Shown here: piece by piece, positions 10,710 through 20,000 of the stretch | How the letters are laid out: every line of letters starts with the position of its first letter | How positions within the stretch are numbered: the first letter of the stretch is position 1 | DNA from: an uncultured Desulfobulbia bacterium | GTDB lineage: Bacteria > Desulfobacterota > Desulfobulbia > Desulfobulbales > CG2-30-60-27 | NCBI GenBank assembly: GCA_964443295.1 | Contig: CAYUCH010000001.1 | Coordinates: forward strand, 57,456-121,455 | Length of the DNA: 64,000 nucleotides | Reading direction: 5' to 3' | Made by a program: the position numbers and the translations under genes | The notes under the pieces: model-generated | What the model was told of the DNA's origin: nothing | Seen by the model: the letters and a program-made list of their open reading frames with translations, nothing else | Database searches by the model: none

Positions 10710-12269
10710 ATGCACTCCTCAGCCCCTGGCAGCAAACCTGAACAGCGCAGTAATTTCACCGGTGAAAGTTGCGCAGTGCCAACAGGTGAGGCACAAAGCC
10801 CCTTCACCATAATTATCTTCGGTGCATCTGGAGATCTGACGGCACGCAAAATTATTCCTTCTCTCTTTCATCTCTATAAATCAAACAACCTGCCAAACCC
10901 TGTTCAAATAGTAGGTGTAAGCAGGACGACAATGTCCTCGGAAGAATATCAAACCCTGCTCAAAGAAACCATGGACAAACGGGGCCACACTCTCGGTGAA
11001 CAGTGGCATAACTTTGCACATCTTATTTCGTATATACCCATAGAATATGACTCCCAGGACTCATATAAAGACTTGGCCCAGCAACTACGCCAGTTAGACC
11101 AGGAAAAGTCCACCCGGGGGAATCGCATATTCTACCTGGCCACGCCCCCTACTCTTTATGCAAGTATTGCCGAACAGATCGGCAATGCTGGACTTGCCGT
11201 AGAAAACTCCAACGGCAATGGCTGGTCCCGTATTGTTGTCGAAAAACCGTTTGGCCGAGACTTATCTTCTTCAGAGGCCCTGGACGCCACCTTGCATCAT
11301 AGTTTCAATGAGCATCAAATTTATCGAATCGACCATTATCTCGCCAAAGAAACCGTGCAAAACGTGCTCATGCTACGGTTCGCCAATACCATTTTTGAGC
11401 CATTATGGAACCGTAACCATGTGTCATATATTGGCATCATGGCTGCAGAAGATCTCGGCGTGGAACATCGAGCTGGATATTACGAACAATCAGGTGTTTT
11501 ACGGGATATGTTTCAAAACCACCTTCATCAACTCCTTGCCCTCACAGCTTTAGAACCACCATCCCATTTTGAAGCAGAAACAGTTCGGGATGAAAAAGCT
11601 AAAATTTTTCGTTCCCTCAAGCCACTTCACGAAGAGACGATGTTTGACAATTTAATCGTTGGACAATACGGCCCTGGTACCATGAATGGTCAACCGGTTC
11701 CAGGATATCGTGAAGAAAAGGGGGTTGCACCGGATTCTCTCACCCCAACCTTTGCGATGATGCGGGTGTTTATTGATAATTGGCGCTGGCGAGGTGTACC
11801 CTTTTATCTCATGTCGGGCAAGCGCCTACAACGAAAAGAAACCAAAATCGTTGTGCAATTTAAAAAGGTTCCCCACTCCATGTTTCGTGATGTATTAGGG
11901 GATCGTATTAGTGCCAATCGCCTCACCCTGGGTATATATCCCGAAGAGAACATTTCACTCGCCTTTCAAACTAAGTCTCCATCCCCCCATATCTGTCTCC
12001 GGCCGGTGAATATGGATTTTAAATATTATCAAGGGACAGAAAAACAAACCCAAGATGCATACGAAAAAGTTCTTCTTGATGTAATTCAAGGAGACCACAT
12101 GCTCTTTTGGAGGCGTGATGGGGTTGGATTATCATGGTCCTTCTTGACCCCGATCCTTGAACTCTGTGAGACCTGCGGACATCGCGCTGAACACCTTCAC
12201 ACCTACCCTGCCGGCAGTTGGGGACCTGAAAAAGCAAGACAATGGGCACGTCTGCTAGTAGATGACTAA
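10710..12269 (+). CDS. zwf: glucose-6-phosphate 1-dehydrogenase
   Basis: Carries the NADP-binding motif IIFGASGDLTARK, the active-site motif RIDHYLAKE, and EKPFG. Confidence 0.95.
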   Translation: MHSSAPGSKPEQRSNFTGESCAVPTGEAQSPFTIIIFGASGDLTARKIIPSLFHLYKSNNLPNPVQIVGVSRTTMSSEEYQTLLKETMDKRGHTLGEQWHNFAHLISYIPIEYDSQDSYKDLAQQLRQLDQEKSTRGNRIFYLATPPTLYASIAEQIGNAGLAVENSNGNGWSRIVVEKPFGRDLSSSEALDATLHHSFNEHQIYRIDHYLAKETVQNVLMLRFANTIFEPLWNRNHVSYIGIMAAEDLGVEHRAGYYEQSGVLRDMFQNHLHQLLALTALEPPSHFEAETVRDEKAKIFRSLKPLHEETMFDNLIVGQYGPGTMNGQPVPGYREEKGVAPDSLTPTFAMMRVFIDNWRWRGVPFYLMSGKRLQRKETKIVVQFKKVPHSMFRDVLGDRISANRLTLGIYPEENISLAFQTKSPSPHICLRPVNMDFKYYQGTEKQTQDAYEKVLLDVIQGDHMLFWRRDGVGLSWSFLTPILELCETCGHRAEHLHTYPAGSWGPEKARQWARLLVDD

Positions 12270-12476
12270 CCACAGCAATGTATAATTCCAGCGAAAAAAT
12301 CGATAAATGATCAGCAGAACCATATTACAGCAGAGAGAGCATAGCCGTTGTTTTATCGTCTCTTTTTCCCACTTTACGGCAACAGCCTTTCATGATATCC
12401 TAGACCACATTAGGCAGGTCTACTCCTTTGGTGGGCCAGTATCTTTAAATTTAAACATGATCCTGGATGGCGCCCC

Positions 12477-13511
12477 ATGTCCGTTGAAAAAAAAATTGAA
12501 GATACCCATACCATTGCAAAAAAAGTTTTTTCCAAGGCAGCCTTGTCTAAACTGGAACTTATCCCAGAAGTGTATGGCGTCTGGTATGCCTATTTTTCAG
12601 GCAATTATGCTGAATTAACCGCAGAGTTGGACGAAGCCATTGCTTCAGGAAAACATCTAGACAAAGAATTCCACGCAAAACTTTTTCTTAAGCACCTGCA
12701 ACCCGAGGAAAGCAAAAGAGCAGCCGAACTAGCGGTTGCCGAAACCCAGCTCATCATCAAAGGGGTTTTAAACGAAATCCTCGGTGCCAGTTCCAGCACT
12801 GCTAATTACACCAAACACCTCAATGACTATGCCAGCCAAATTGAAAAAGCTGACAACTTATCCGACGTCAAGGATCTCATTGGAAACTTGCTCAAACAGA
12901 CTTCCACTGCTGCGGCATCGGGAAATGCCCTGCAAAGTAAATTGTCGGAGGCCACCGAAAAAAGCCGGATGCTGGAGCAGAAGTTGGCAGCCGTGGAAGC
13001 GGAAGCAAGCATTGATGCACTTACCGGCCTTTATAATCGCAAATCCTTCAACAACAAGCTCATGGATCTTTTCGAAGAATATCGTGATCGTGGCACCTAT
13101 TTTTCTGCCATCATGATTGATATCGATTTCTTCAAGAAATTCAATGACACATACGGCCATCAAACAGGCGACCTTGTCCTCCAAGCAGTGGGTGACACCT
13201 TACATCGAAGCGTAAAAGGCGCCGACTTTCCAGCCCGATATGGTGGCGAGGAATTTGTCGTCCTCTTGCCTGAGACCACCTTGGAAAACGCCATTGTAGT
13301 GGCCGAACAATTGCGGGTTCGTATCTCCATGCGAAAAATTGAAGATGATACCCACCCAGACACCGTACTCAAAGTCACCGCCAGCATGGGGGTTGGATTT
13401 GCCACTAAACAGGACACCATGCAGACGCTCATCAGGCGGGCAGACAAGGCCCTGTACCTAGCCAAAGAAGAAGGTCGAAACCAGGTTAAATCAGAGCGAG
13501 ACCTTCACTAG
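12477..13511 (+). CDS. GGDEF-domain diguanylate cyclase with a coiled-coil N-terminal domain
   Basis: Contains DALTGLYNRKSF and RYGGEEFVVLL. No TM segments are evident. Confidence 0.85.
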   Translation: MSVEKKIEDTHTIAKKVFSKAALSKLELIPEVYGVWYAYFSGNYAELTAELDEAIASGKHLDKEFHAKLFLKHLQPEESKRAAELAVAETQLIIKGVLNEILGASSSTANYTKHLNDYASQIEKADNLSDVKDLIGNLLKQTSTAAASGNALQSKLSEATEKSRMLEQKLAAVEAEASIDALTGLYNRKSFNNKLMDLFEEYRDRGTYFSAIMIDIDFFKKFNDTYGHQTGDLVLQAVGDTLHRSVKGADFPARYGGEEFVVLLPETTLENAIVVAEQLRVRISMRKIEDDTHPDTVLKVTASMGVGFATKQDTMQTLIRRADKALYLAKEEGRNQVKSERDLH

Positions 13512-13541
13512 CCACGCCCCACCGATCACCATGGAGTATGA

Positions 13542-13913
13542 ATGGAAAAAGGGCAAAAACTCATTCTCATCGTAGAAGACGATCCCAATTTCACAAAAGC
13601 CATCCAAAGAATCCTGGATAGCGAAGGATATTCAACCCTGACTGCATCAAACGGGTTTGAAGCCGGTATTCACATGGGACGATACCTTCCAGATCTCATC
13701 ACCCTTGACATCAATATGCCCGAAATGAATGGCGAAGAGATGTTGGAGATCATTCGTTTCACAGACTACCTGAGTCATCTCAAAATACTGGTAATCTCCG
13801 GACTAGAGGAAGAGAAACTCCAGGATATGGTGGATAAAGGTGCTGATGATTATCTCCAGAAACCATATGACACTGAAGTTCTGCTGGCCAAAGTACAACA
13901 GCTCACTGCATAA
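13542..13913 (+). CDS. single-domain response regulator (CheY-like receiver)
   Basis: 123 aa with ILIVEDD, the phospho-acceptor context LITLDINMPEMNG, and a conserved K near the C-terminus (LQKP). Confidence 0.85.
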   Translation: MEKGQKLILIVEDDPNFTKAIQRILDSEGYSTLTASNGFEAGIHMGRYLPDLITLDINMPEMNGEEMLEIIRFTDYLSHLKILVISGLEEEKLQDMVDKGADDYLQKPYDTEVLLAKVQQLTA

Positions 13914-13969
13914 ATTGTTACTTATCCCCTTTCCCATAGCTGCTGCTATCCCAAGATGGAAATTGCCTC

Positions 13970-14698
13970 ATGAATGTTGAAGCAAAACAATCTGACAGCC
14001 TGGAAGCGGCGAGTAATTCAGCAGCCAAATATATCGTAAAACAAAGCGTACACAGTATACAAAAACGCGGACTGTTCACCTTGGTTCTTGCAGGTGGCAG
14101 CACCCCTCGCACTCTATACAGTCTTTTGGCTTCCCCCACTTATACACATCAGCTTGATTGGACACGGACCCACTTTTTCTGGGGTGATGAACGATGTGTC
14201 TCACCGGATGATCCTGAGAGCAACTACGCAATGAGCAAGGGTACAATCCTTTCAAAAATTCAGATCCCCCCTGACAATATTCACCGCATGGAAATTGATG
14301 CATCCTCTCCAGACCAAGCAGCCAAAGAGTATGAAAACAAACTACGGTTTTTTTTCAACTCTCCCCAGAAAATTCCAAGCTTTGACCTGGTGCTTTTAGG
14401 AATGGGCAATGATGGCCACACAGCCTCTCTTTTTCCAGGCAATCCATCCTTAGATGAAAAGGATCGACTCGTGGTTGCCACGGAAGACAAAAATGCCTCC
14501 CCAGCTGTGCCTCGCATCACCTTAACGTTGCCCATTTTGAATGAGGCCAAAGATATTCTCTTTCTCATTTCCGGCGAACAGAAAGGCAATATACTCAAAG
14601 ACATAATGGACCATCCTCAAGAGGCAAAACTAAAATACCCCGCAGCACGAATCAGAGCCAAGGACCAGCTTATGTGGTATTATTCAGAAACCCCTTGA
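13970..14698 (+). CDS. pgl: 6-phosphogluconolactonase
   Basis: Carries LAGGSTPRTLY, FWGDERCV and LLGMGNDGHTASLFPG. Confidence 0.9.
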   Translation: MNVEAKQSDSLEAASNSAAKYIVKQSVHSIQKRGLFTLVLAGGSTPRTLYSLLASPTYTHQLDWTRTHFFWGDERCVSPDDPESNYAMSKGTILSKIQIPPDNIHRMEIDASSPDQAAKEYENKLRFFFNSPQKIPSFDLVLLGMGNDGHTASLFPGNPSLDEKDRLVVATEDKNASPAVPRITLTLPILNEAKDILFLISGEQKGNILKDIMDHPQEAKLKYPAARIRAKDQLMWYYSETP

Positions 14699-14703
14699 TA
14701 AAT

Positions 14704-15723
14704 ATGCCAATGACAACAAAAAACACCTTTTTAATCCTGGCCGGTGACATTGGTGGCACAAAAACCACCCTGGCCCTTTTTTCCACTGAGAAAGGGATCA
14801 ACAGCCCGTTAACCGAACAGACATACGCCAGTCAAGATCACCCTGGATTATCGGTGATTATTGATGATTTTCTTTCCAATCGTGACGAACATCCCCGGTC
14901 AGCCTGTTTCGGAGTGGCAGGTCCCGTGGTTTCAAACACTGTGCAGACCACCAATCTTCCATGGGTTATTTCCTCCGAGCAATTGAAAGCACAACATGGT
15001 TTTACACAAGCTGATTTATTAAACGACCTGCAGGCCATTGCCGCTTCAACACCCTATCTACCCGAGAAAGACCTCTTCACCATTCAACCGGGCATCCCGG
15101 AGCCCAATGGCGCCATTGGAGTTATTGCCCCAGGAACAGGCCTGGGAGAGGCATTTTTGATATGGGACGGTAACGGATATACCCCCTGCGCCTCGGAGGG
15201 TGGCCATGTTGATTTTGCCCCCACTGACGAAATCCAAAGCGAGCTGCTCACTTTTCTTAAAACAGAATACGAACATGTGAGCTATGAAAGGGTATGCTCA
15301 GGAATGGGAATTCCCAACATCTATACTTTTTTTAATAGTCTGCCGGACAATTCGGCATCCCCGGACATTGCCAGGCGTGTCAAAGACGCTGATGATCCCA
15401 CCCCGGTCATCGTTCAAGCTGCCATGGATACAACTTGCCCTGTCTGCGAAAAAACTCTGGATATGTTCATCGCAATCCTGGGAAGTGCCACAGGCAATTT
15501 GGCCCTCAAAGTTATGAGCACAGGTGGACTCTATATTGGTGGAGGGATACCACCTCGTATCTTAAACGTACTGGACAGTGACAATTTTCGTAGCCATTTT
15601 CAAAGCAAAGGACGTCTTTCCACACACTTAGAAAAGATGCCGGTCCACGTTATTACAAATCCCAAAGCAGCACTTCTGGGTGCCGCTGCACATTGTATGA
15701 ATAGGCTGAAGGCTGAAGGCTGA
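14704..15723 (+). CDS. glk: glucokinase
   Basis: Has the ROK/glucokinase ATP-binding N-terminus LAGDIGGTKT and the Glk family pattern (GPV...NLPW, GGLYIGGGI). The ATG at 14704 is preferred over the track start at 14674, which overlaps pgl. Confidence 0.85.
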   Translation: MPMTTKNTFLILAGDIGGTKTTLALFSTEKGINSPLTEQTYASQDHPGLSVIIDDFLSNRDEHPRSACFGVAGPVVSNTVQTTNLPWVISSEQLKAQHGFTQADLLNDLQAIAASTPYLPEKDLFTIQPGIPEPNGAIGVIAPGTGLGEAFLIWDGNGYTPCASEGGHVDFAPTDEIQSELLTFLKTEYEHVSYERVCSGMGIPNIYTFFNSLPDNSASPDIARRVKDADDPTPVIVQAAMDTTCPVCEKTLDMFIAILGSATGNLALKVMSTGGLYIGGGIPPRILNVLDSDNFRSHFQSKGRLSTHLEKMPVHVITNPKAALLGAAAHCMNRLKAEG

Positions 15724-15838
15724 AGGTAAAACCCAAATAAGTCCTCGATATTTACCATTATATTTTTATTATTCTGTTCTTCAGATTTATTGACATGGCG
15801 GCTATGATTTGGTACATGAGGAGGTCACCATTTGCTGT

Positions 15839-15924
15839 GGAGGAGTGGCCGAGTGGTCGAAGGCGGCGGTCTTGAAAACCGTTGAACGAAAGTTCCGTGG
15901 GTTCGAATCCTACCTCCTCCGCCA
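15839..15924 (+). tRNA. tRNA-Ser (anticodon UGA), long variable arm, CCA encoded
   Basis: Acceptor stem is GGAGGAG/CTCCTCC, anticodon loop CTTGAAA, T-loop GGTTCGAATCC. Confidence 0.9.
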
Positions 15925-15956
15925 TTGCAATCAAAAATGATGTTTTTTCAGTATGC

Positions 15957-16049
15957 GGAGAGATGACCGAGCTGGCTGAAGGTGCTCGCCTGCTAAGCGA
16001 GTGATGGGGTTATTCCTATCCGAGGGTTCGAATCCCTCTCTCTCCGCCA
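15957..16049 (+). tRNA. tRNA-Ser (anticodon GCU), long variable arm, CCA encoded
   Basis: Acceptor stem is GGAGAGA/TCTCTCC, anticodon stem-loop CTCGC-CTGCTAA-GCGAG, T-loop GGTTCGAATCC. Confidence 0.9.
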
Positions 16050-16061
16050 TTGAATGATCAA

Positions 16062-16100
16062 GCCGGGTTGCCTTATAGGCAACGCGGCTTTTTTTATTTT
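16062..16100 (+). terminator. intrinsic terminator after the tRNA-Ser pair
   Basis: Hairpin GCCGGGTTGCC-ttatag-GGCAACGCGGC, followed by TTTTTTTATTTT. Confidence 0.8.
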
Positions 16101-16225
16101 GAGAGAATACGCTGATCGGATTTTACCGATTGTAAAAATTTCAATATAATGTCCTCATATTACAAAAGCAGGACAGTGCATTGGGCATATCCTCCCCCTC
16201 TAACTACAGGCCTTTTGAATTCTAA

Positions 16226-17308
16226 ATGAAGAACATTCCAGCTCGCCTCTTACAACTTGGTTTCAATTCATGCTTCCAGGATAATCTTGATCCTGAGCAC
16301 GTAGAAAGTTTTGAGATTGCCAGGGTGATTGCTGTTCATAAAGACAGCTACACGATCAGCAACGGGGAGGAAGAACTTCTGGCAGAATTAGTTGGCAAGA
16401 TTATTTACACCGCCTCTTCACCCCTTGACTACCCTGCTGTTGGTGATTGGATTCTCGCCTCTTTTTACGATGAGAACACATTCTCAATTATCCATGAAAT
16501 TCTACCGCGCAAAACTCTCCTCAAAAGAAAAACGCCAGGCAAGAAAATAGATTTTCAGCTGATTGCCGCCAATATCGATGTCGCTTTCATCGTCCAATCC
16601 CTGGACGAAAATTTCAATCTTAGGCGACTTGAGCGGTATCTGGTCATGTGTAACGAAAGCAATATCCACCCCATTGTATTGCTCAGTAAAAGCGATCTCC
16701 TCCCCCATGATGAGATTGCGGATAGGATCGAAAAAATTAAAAATATCATGCCACACCTGGAGGTGGTTCCTTTCAGCAATGAACAGGAGTCTGATCGGGA
16801 TATCATCGAGGATTTCTTAGAACCTGGCCTGACATATTGCCTGCTGGGATCATCGGGGGTTGGTAAAACAACCTTATTGAATAATCTCCTGGGCGAATCT
16901 CTCTTTAAAACAAAAACCGTCAGCAAAAAAGAAAGCAAGGGAAGACATGCCACGACCCACCGGCAGTTGATCAAACTGGATTGCGGCGCCCTGATAATAG
17001 ACACACCGGGCATGCGGGAACTGGGGAATTTTGCAATTGAGTCAGGTCTTGATGAAACTTTTTCTGAGATTACCGAATTCTCGAAACATTGCCGGTTTCA
17101 TGATTGCGCCCATATTAATGAAAAAGGCTGTGCAGTACTAAAGGCTATAGAAGATGGCCGGCTTTCTGAAGAGAGATACCAGAATTACATGAAAATGAAC
17201 AAGGAATCCATGTACAATGAGATGTCCTATCATGAAAAGAGAAGAAAAGATAAAGAGTTCGCGAAAATGTGCAAGACTGTGATGAAGAGTAAAAAGAACC
17301 GGAGATAG
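16226..17308 (+). CDS. rsgA: ribosome small-subunit-dependent GTPase A
   Basis: Shows the circularly permuted GTPase pattern: LSKSDL, GSSGVGKTTLLN, DTPGMRE, and the zinc motif CRFHDCAHINEKGCAV. Confidence 0.9.
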   Translation: MKNIPARLLQLGFNSCFQDNLDPEHVESFEIARVIAVHKDSYTISNGEEELLAELVGKIIYTASSPLDYPAVGDWILASFYDENTFSIIHEILPRKTLLKRKTPGKKIDFQLIAANIDVAFIVQSLDENFNLRRLERYLVMCNESNIHPIVLLSKSDLLPHDEIADRIEKIKNIMPHLEVVPFSNEQESDRDIIEDFLEPGLTYCLLGSSGVGKTTLLNNLLGESLFKTKTVSKKESKGRHATTHRQLIKLDCGALIIDTPGMRELGNFAIESGLDETFSEITEFSKHCRFHDCAHINEKGCAVLKAIEDGRLSEERYQNYMKMNKESMYNEMSYHEKRRKDKEFAKMCKTVMKSKKNRR

Positions 17309-17336
17309 GGCTAACCGGCACAATGAGAGGTCAACC

Positions 17337-17993
17337 ATGAACGACACAGCAAAAGGCGCCATTCTCCAACGAGATAAAGAAACCTACGCTATTGTCCCTC
17401 GGATTCCAGCTGGGCTTGTTACTCCAGAAATTTTAAGAAAAATATCTGATGTTGTTGAAAAGTATAATATCCCAATCACCAAAATTATCTCTGGTCAACG
17501 CATGGCCCTTGTTGGGTTACAAGAAGATGATATTGCAAAAGCCTGGCACGACCTGGGAATGGACACCGGCAAAGCAACGGAACTCTGTGTTCATTATGTG
17601 CAAGCCTGCCCGGGTACAGCTGTATGCAAATTTGGTAAACAAGATTCCCTTGGCATAGGAGTGGAACTTGAATCACTCTTTGACAGCAGAGACCTGCCCG
17701 CAAAAGTGAAAATCGGTGTGTCCGGCTGTCCATTCTGTTGTGGAGAGAGTTTTGTGCGTGATGTCGGGCTAATAGGTAAAAGCAAGGGATGGACTGTGAT
17801 TTTCGGTGGCAACTCAGGTGGGAAACCGCGCATTGGTGATGTGGTTGCAGAGAACCTCAGCAAAGAAGACGCCACTCAGATGGCCAAGGACTGTCTGCAA
17901 TACTATAAAGAAAATGCTAAAAAGAAGGAGCGAACCTCTAAATTCATTAACCGGGTCGGTATCGAGGCCTTGAAGGAACACGTTGCTGCTTGA
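17337..17993 (+). CDS. small nitrite/sulfite reductase-family protein (low-molecular-weight assimilatory-type sulfite reductase-like)
   Basis: 218 aa. Cys cluster is CPGTAVC ... SGCPFCCGES, typical of the siroheme-[4Fe-4S] binding site. Size and layout match the monomeric alSiR type known from Desulfovibrio (from memory). Confidence 0.55.
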   Translation: MNDTAKGAILQRDKETYAIVPRIPAGLVTPEILRKISDVVEKYNIPITKIISGQRMALVGLQEDDIAKAWHDLGMDTGKATELCVHYVQACPGTAVCKFGKQDSLGIGVELESLFDSRDLPAKVKIGVSGCPFCCGESFVRDVGLIGKSKGWTVIFGGNSGGKPRIGDVVAENLSKEDATQMAKDCLQYYKENAKKKERTSKFINRVGIEALKEHVAA

Positions 17994-18020
17994 CCTCTTT
18001 TCTCAAAAAAAATAAAAAAA

Positions 18021-18048
18021 GGGCCCTTCCGATTATTCGGAAGAGCCC
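18021..18048. terminator. hairpin between convergent genes (possible bidirectional terminator)
   Basis: Stem GGGCCCTTCCGA-ttat-TCGGAAGAGCCC with one bulge. It is preceded by an A-run and followed by a weakly T-rich stretch. Confidence 0.55.
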
Positions 18049-18124
18049 TTAATACTTTACCAGCCCTGTCAGCCGCCCGCGTGGGCTGCGCGTTGTCTAA
18101 ACACCTCAACCTCGAACAGGTTAA

Positions 18125-18571
18125 CTATTCGCGCGCGGCTTCCGTTTTTTTTCGTGCGGCCTCTTTCTTAGCCACTTCGGCGTCTTTGGCCTTTTTCTCA
18201 CTGGCCGCATCACCGAGTTTTCGTAATGAACGTGGAGCAGATCGATCAACACGCGCTGCACAAGTATCACATACATCAGAAGGACATTCAGCAATTTCCC
18301 AACATGGCGCCAATTCTAAAAGACGTTTGATGCCGGGGATACTGATCCCCTGGTCATGTATCATAGACCTGATACAAGAAATCCATTTAATATCGTTTGG
18401 CGAAAAGAGCCTTCGGCTTCCCTTATGAAAAGGCTTTACCAGCCCTTCCGCCTCATAAATCCTTAGAGTTCTTGGATGGACGTCCAGCAGCCGGGCTGCC
18501 ACGCCGATTGGATATATCGGCGTGTCATCCCTAAGAGGCTGAACTGATGATTTCTTCTTGGCGACCATCAC
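18125..18571 (-). CDS. MerR/HspR-type transcriptional regulator with a Cys-rich segment and a Lys/Ala-rich tail
   Basis: N-terminal HTH is YPIGVAARLLDVHPRTLRIYEAEGLV. Next comes the Cys cluster CWEIAECPSDVCDTCAA. The C-terminus is KKAKDAEVAKKEAARKK. Confidence 0.7.
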   Translation of the reverse strand: MMVAKKKSSVQPLRDDTPIYPIGVAARLLDVHPRTLRIYEAEGLVKPFHKGSRRLFSPNDIKWISCIRSMIHDQGISIPGIKRLLELAPCWEIAECPSDVCDTCAARVDRSAPRSLRKLGDAASEKKAKDAEVAKKEAARKKTEAARE

Positions 18572-18589
18572 ACTTCTCCCATTAAAAAA

Positions 18590-19783
18590 TTAGTGGTCTT
18601 CAGACAGGTGGCCTCGGAAAAGGCGCTCGCCCATGAGAAAGCCCATGGCGCAGAGTCCGATGCCGCCCAGGGTGACCATTACTTCATGCAAAGACGGCAT
18701 GTAGTGGAAGAAATGTGGCAGATCAACAATATTCATGCCATGGAAGTGAGGAACGATTTGTCCTACAACAACCAGGTCATAGCGCATGAAGAAAATGCCG
18801 ATGATGGAAGAGGTAGCGGCAACAAACAGGACCGACATATTCTGGGCACGGCAGGCCAGGATAAGAATGAAAGGAATAATCAATCCCAGGGCCATCTCAC
18901 CAACCCAGAAGTTCACGGAGTAAGGACCACTAATAAGAGCCATCATTGCTTCGTATTTTCCTGGAGGATGATTTGTCACACCGGTAATCATTTTCCAGCA
19001 GGTGAAGAAGGCAATAACAGAGACGAGCATGGCGCCAAGTTTGGCAACAACCGTGAGAGAAGCTTTATGCTCTTCGCTCAATTTCCAGCCATTGGCTTTG
19101 TAAGCAATCCAGGTGAAGAAGATAACCGCAAAACAACCGGACATCGCGGCAGAGGTGATGAAGTAGATGGGCATATAAGGACCATGCCAGAATTCACGAC
19201 CACCAAGGAGACCGAAAACAGCGCCTAGATTACTGTGGGCGGCGACACCGGAAATAACTCCCATGAGGCCGAGGATTCCAGCTTCTTTATGGCGTCCCAG
19301 CTGGAGCAGGCCAAACTCAATGACCATGAAAAAGAGATAGGCGCCATACAGGGTACCCATCCACCAGATATTGGAAGTCAGGTTGGGGGATACCATATTA
19401 TTAATGGGCATACGCCAGGAGTTCTCAATCTCAAAACCGATGATAAGAAAACCGGCCAAAATGGAAACGATGGCCATGAAAACACTTCGCTTGGCAATGG
19501 GTTGTAATGCTTTAACGCCAAAGACATGGCCGATTGAGGAAATAAGACAGAGACCGGTGGAGGTTACAACAAAAAAGACATAGGCGGCGATGAGCAGCCC
19601 CCAGGGCACCTCACGGGTGACACCAAAGGCATGTTCATGACCGATCAAGAATGCATGCAAACCAAAAGCTACACCGGCTGCTGCAAACAAACCGGAGATC
19701 AGAATTGCCGCATTGTAGGCTCTAGACGACGGGATTGTAAGTGTATTGTCTTTAGGCAAGACACTGGCAAGAAAATTGTTCAT
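18590..19783 (-). CDS. NrfD/PsrC-family polytopic membrane protein, with no adjacent Fe-S or catalytic partner
   Basis: 397 aa, about 10 hydrophobic segments, with an NrfD-like N-terminal pattern (REVPWGLLIAAYVFFVVTSTG). Confidence 0.65.
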   Translation of the reverse strand: MNNFLASVLPKDNTLTIPSSRAYNAAILISGLFAAAGVAFGLHAFLIGHEHAFGVTREVPWGLLIAAYVFFVVTSTGLCLISSIGHVFGVKALQPIAKRSVFMAIVSILAGFLIIGFEIENSWRMPINNMVSPNLTSNIWWMGTLYGAYLFFMVIEFGLLQLGRHKEAGILGLMGVISGVAAHSNLGAVFGLLGGREFWHGPYMPIYFITSAAMSGCFAVIFFTWIAYKANGWKLSEEHKASLTVVAKLGAMLVSVIAFFTCWKMITGVTNHPPGKYEAMMALISGPYSVNFWVGEMALGLIIPFILILACRAQNMSVLFVAATSSIIGIFFMRYDLVVVGQIVPHFHGMNIVDLPHFFHYMPSLHEVMVTLGGIGLCAMGFLMGERLFRGHLSEDH

Positions 19784-19877
19784 GGGACCTCACTCCTATA
19801 AAAATTAATGTTCGCCTTAGTATTGAAAATGGAAAAACGATGTCTTCTGTGACATTGTGCCGATCTCTCTTTCCCTT

Positions 19878-20000
19878 TTACCAGGGAGAATTGGCACTTT
19901 CTTCTTCTTCCGCTTCCAACAAAGGTTTAATTTTCAGATCAAAAATTGTGTGAAGAATTGCGCAACCAAACCAAAAAACGAGAAATATAATTCCTTCCAT
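19878..20000 (-). CDS. 40-aa small membrane peptide upstream of the NrfD-like gene (below the ORF-track cutoff)
   Basis: Hand translation gives MEGIIFLVFWFGCAILHTIFDLKIKPLLEAEEEESANSPW. A GGAG lies 7 nt upstream of the ATG. The peptide has one hydrophobic helix and an acidic tail. Confidence 0.4.
   Translation of the reverse strand: MEGIIFLVFWFGCAILHTIFDLKIKPLLEAEEEESANSPW

Noticed and set aside
18593-19228. Long antisense ORFs opposite real genes, e.g. 18593..19228 (+), 791..1183 (-), 1266..1835 (-), 54387..54962 (+), 40996..41589 (-), 43380..43970 (+), 58557..59105 (-) and 30014..30547 (-).
   Set aside because: These are shadow ORFs on the strand opposite genes with clear family motifs. 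Their translations have no recognisable domains and skewed composition.
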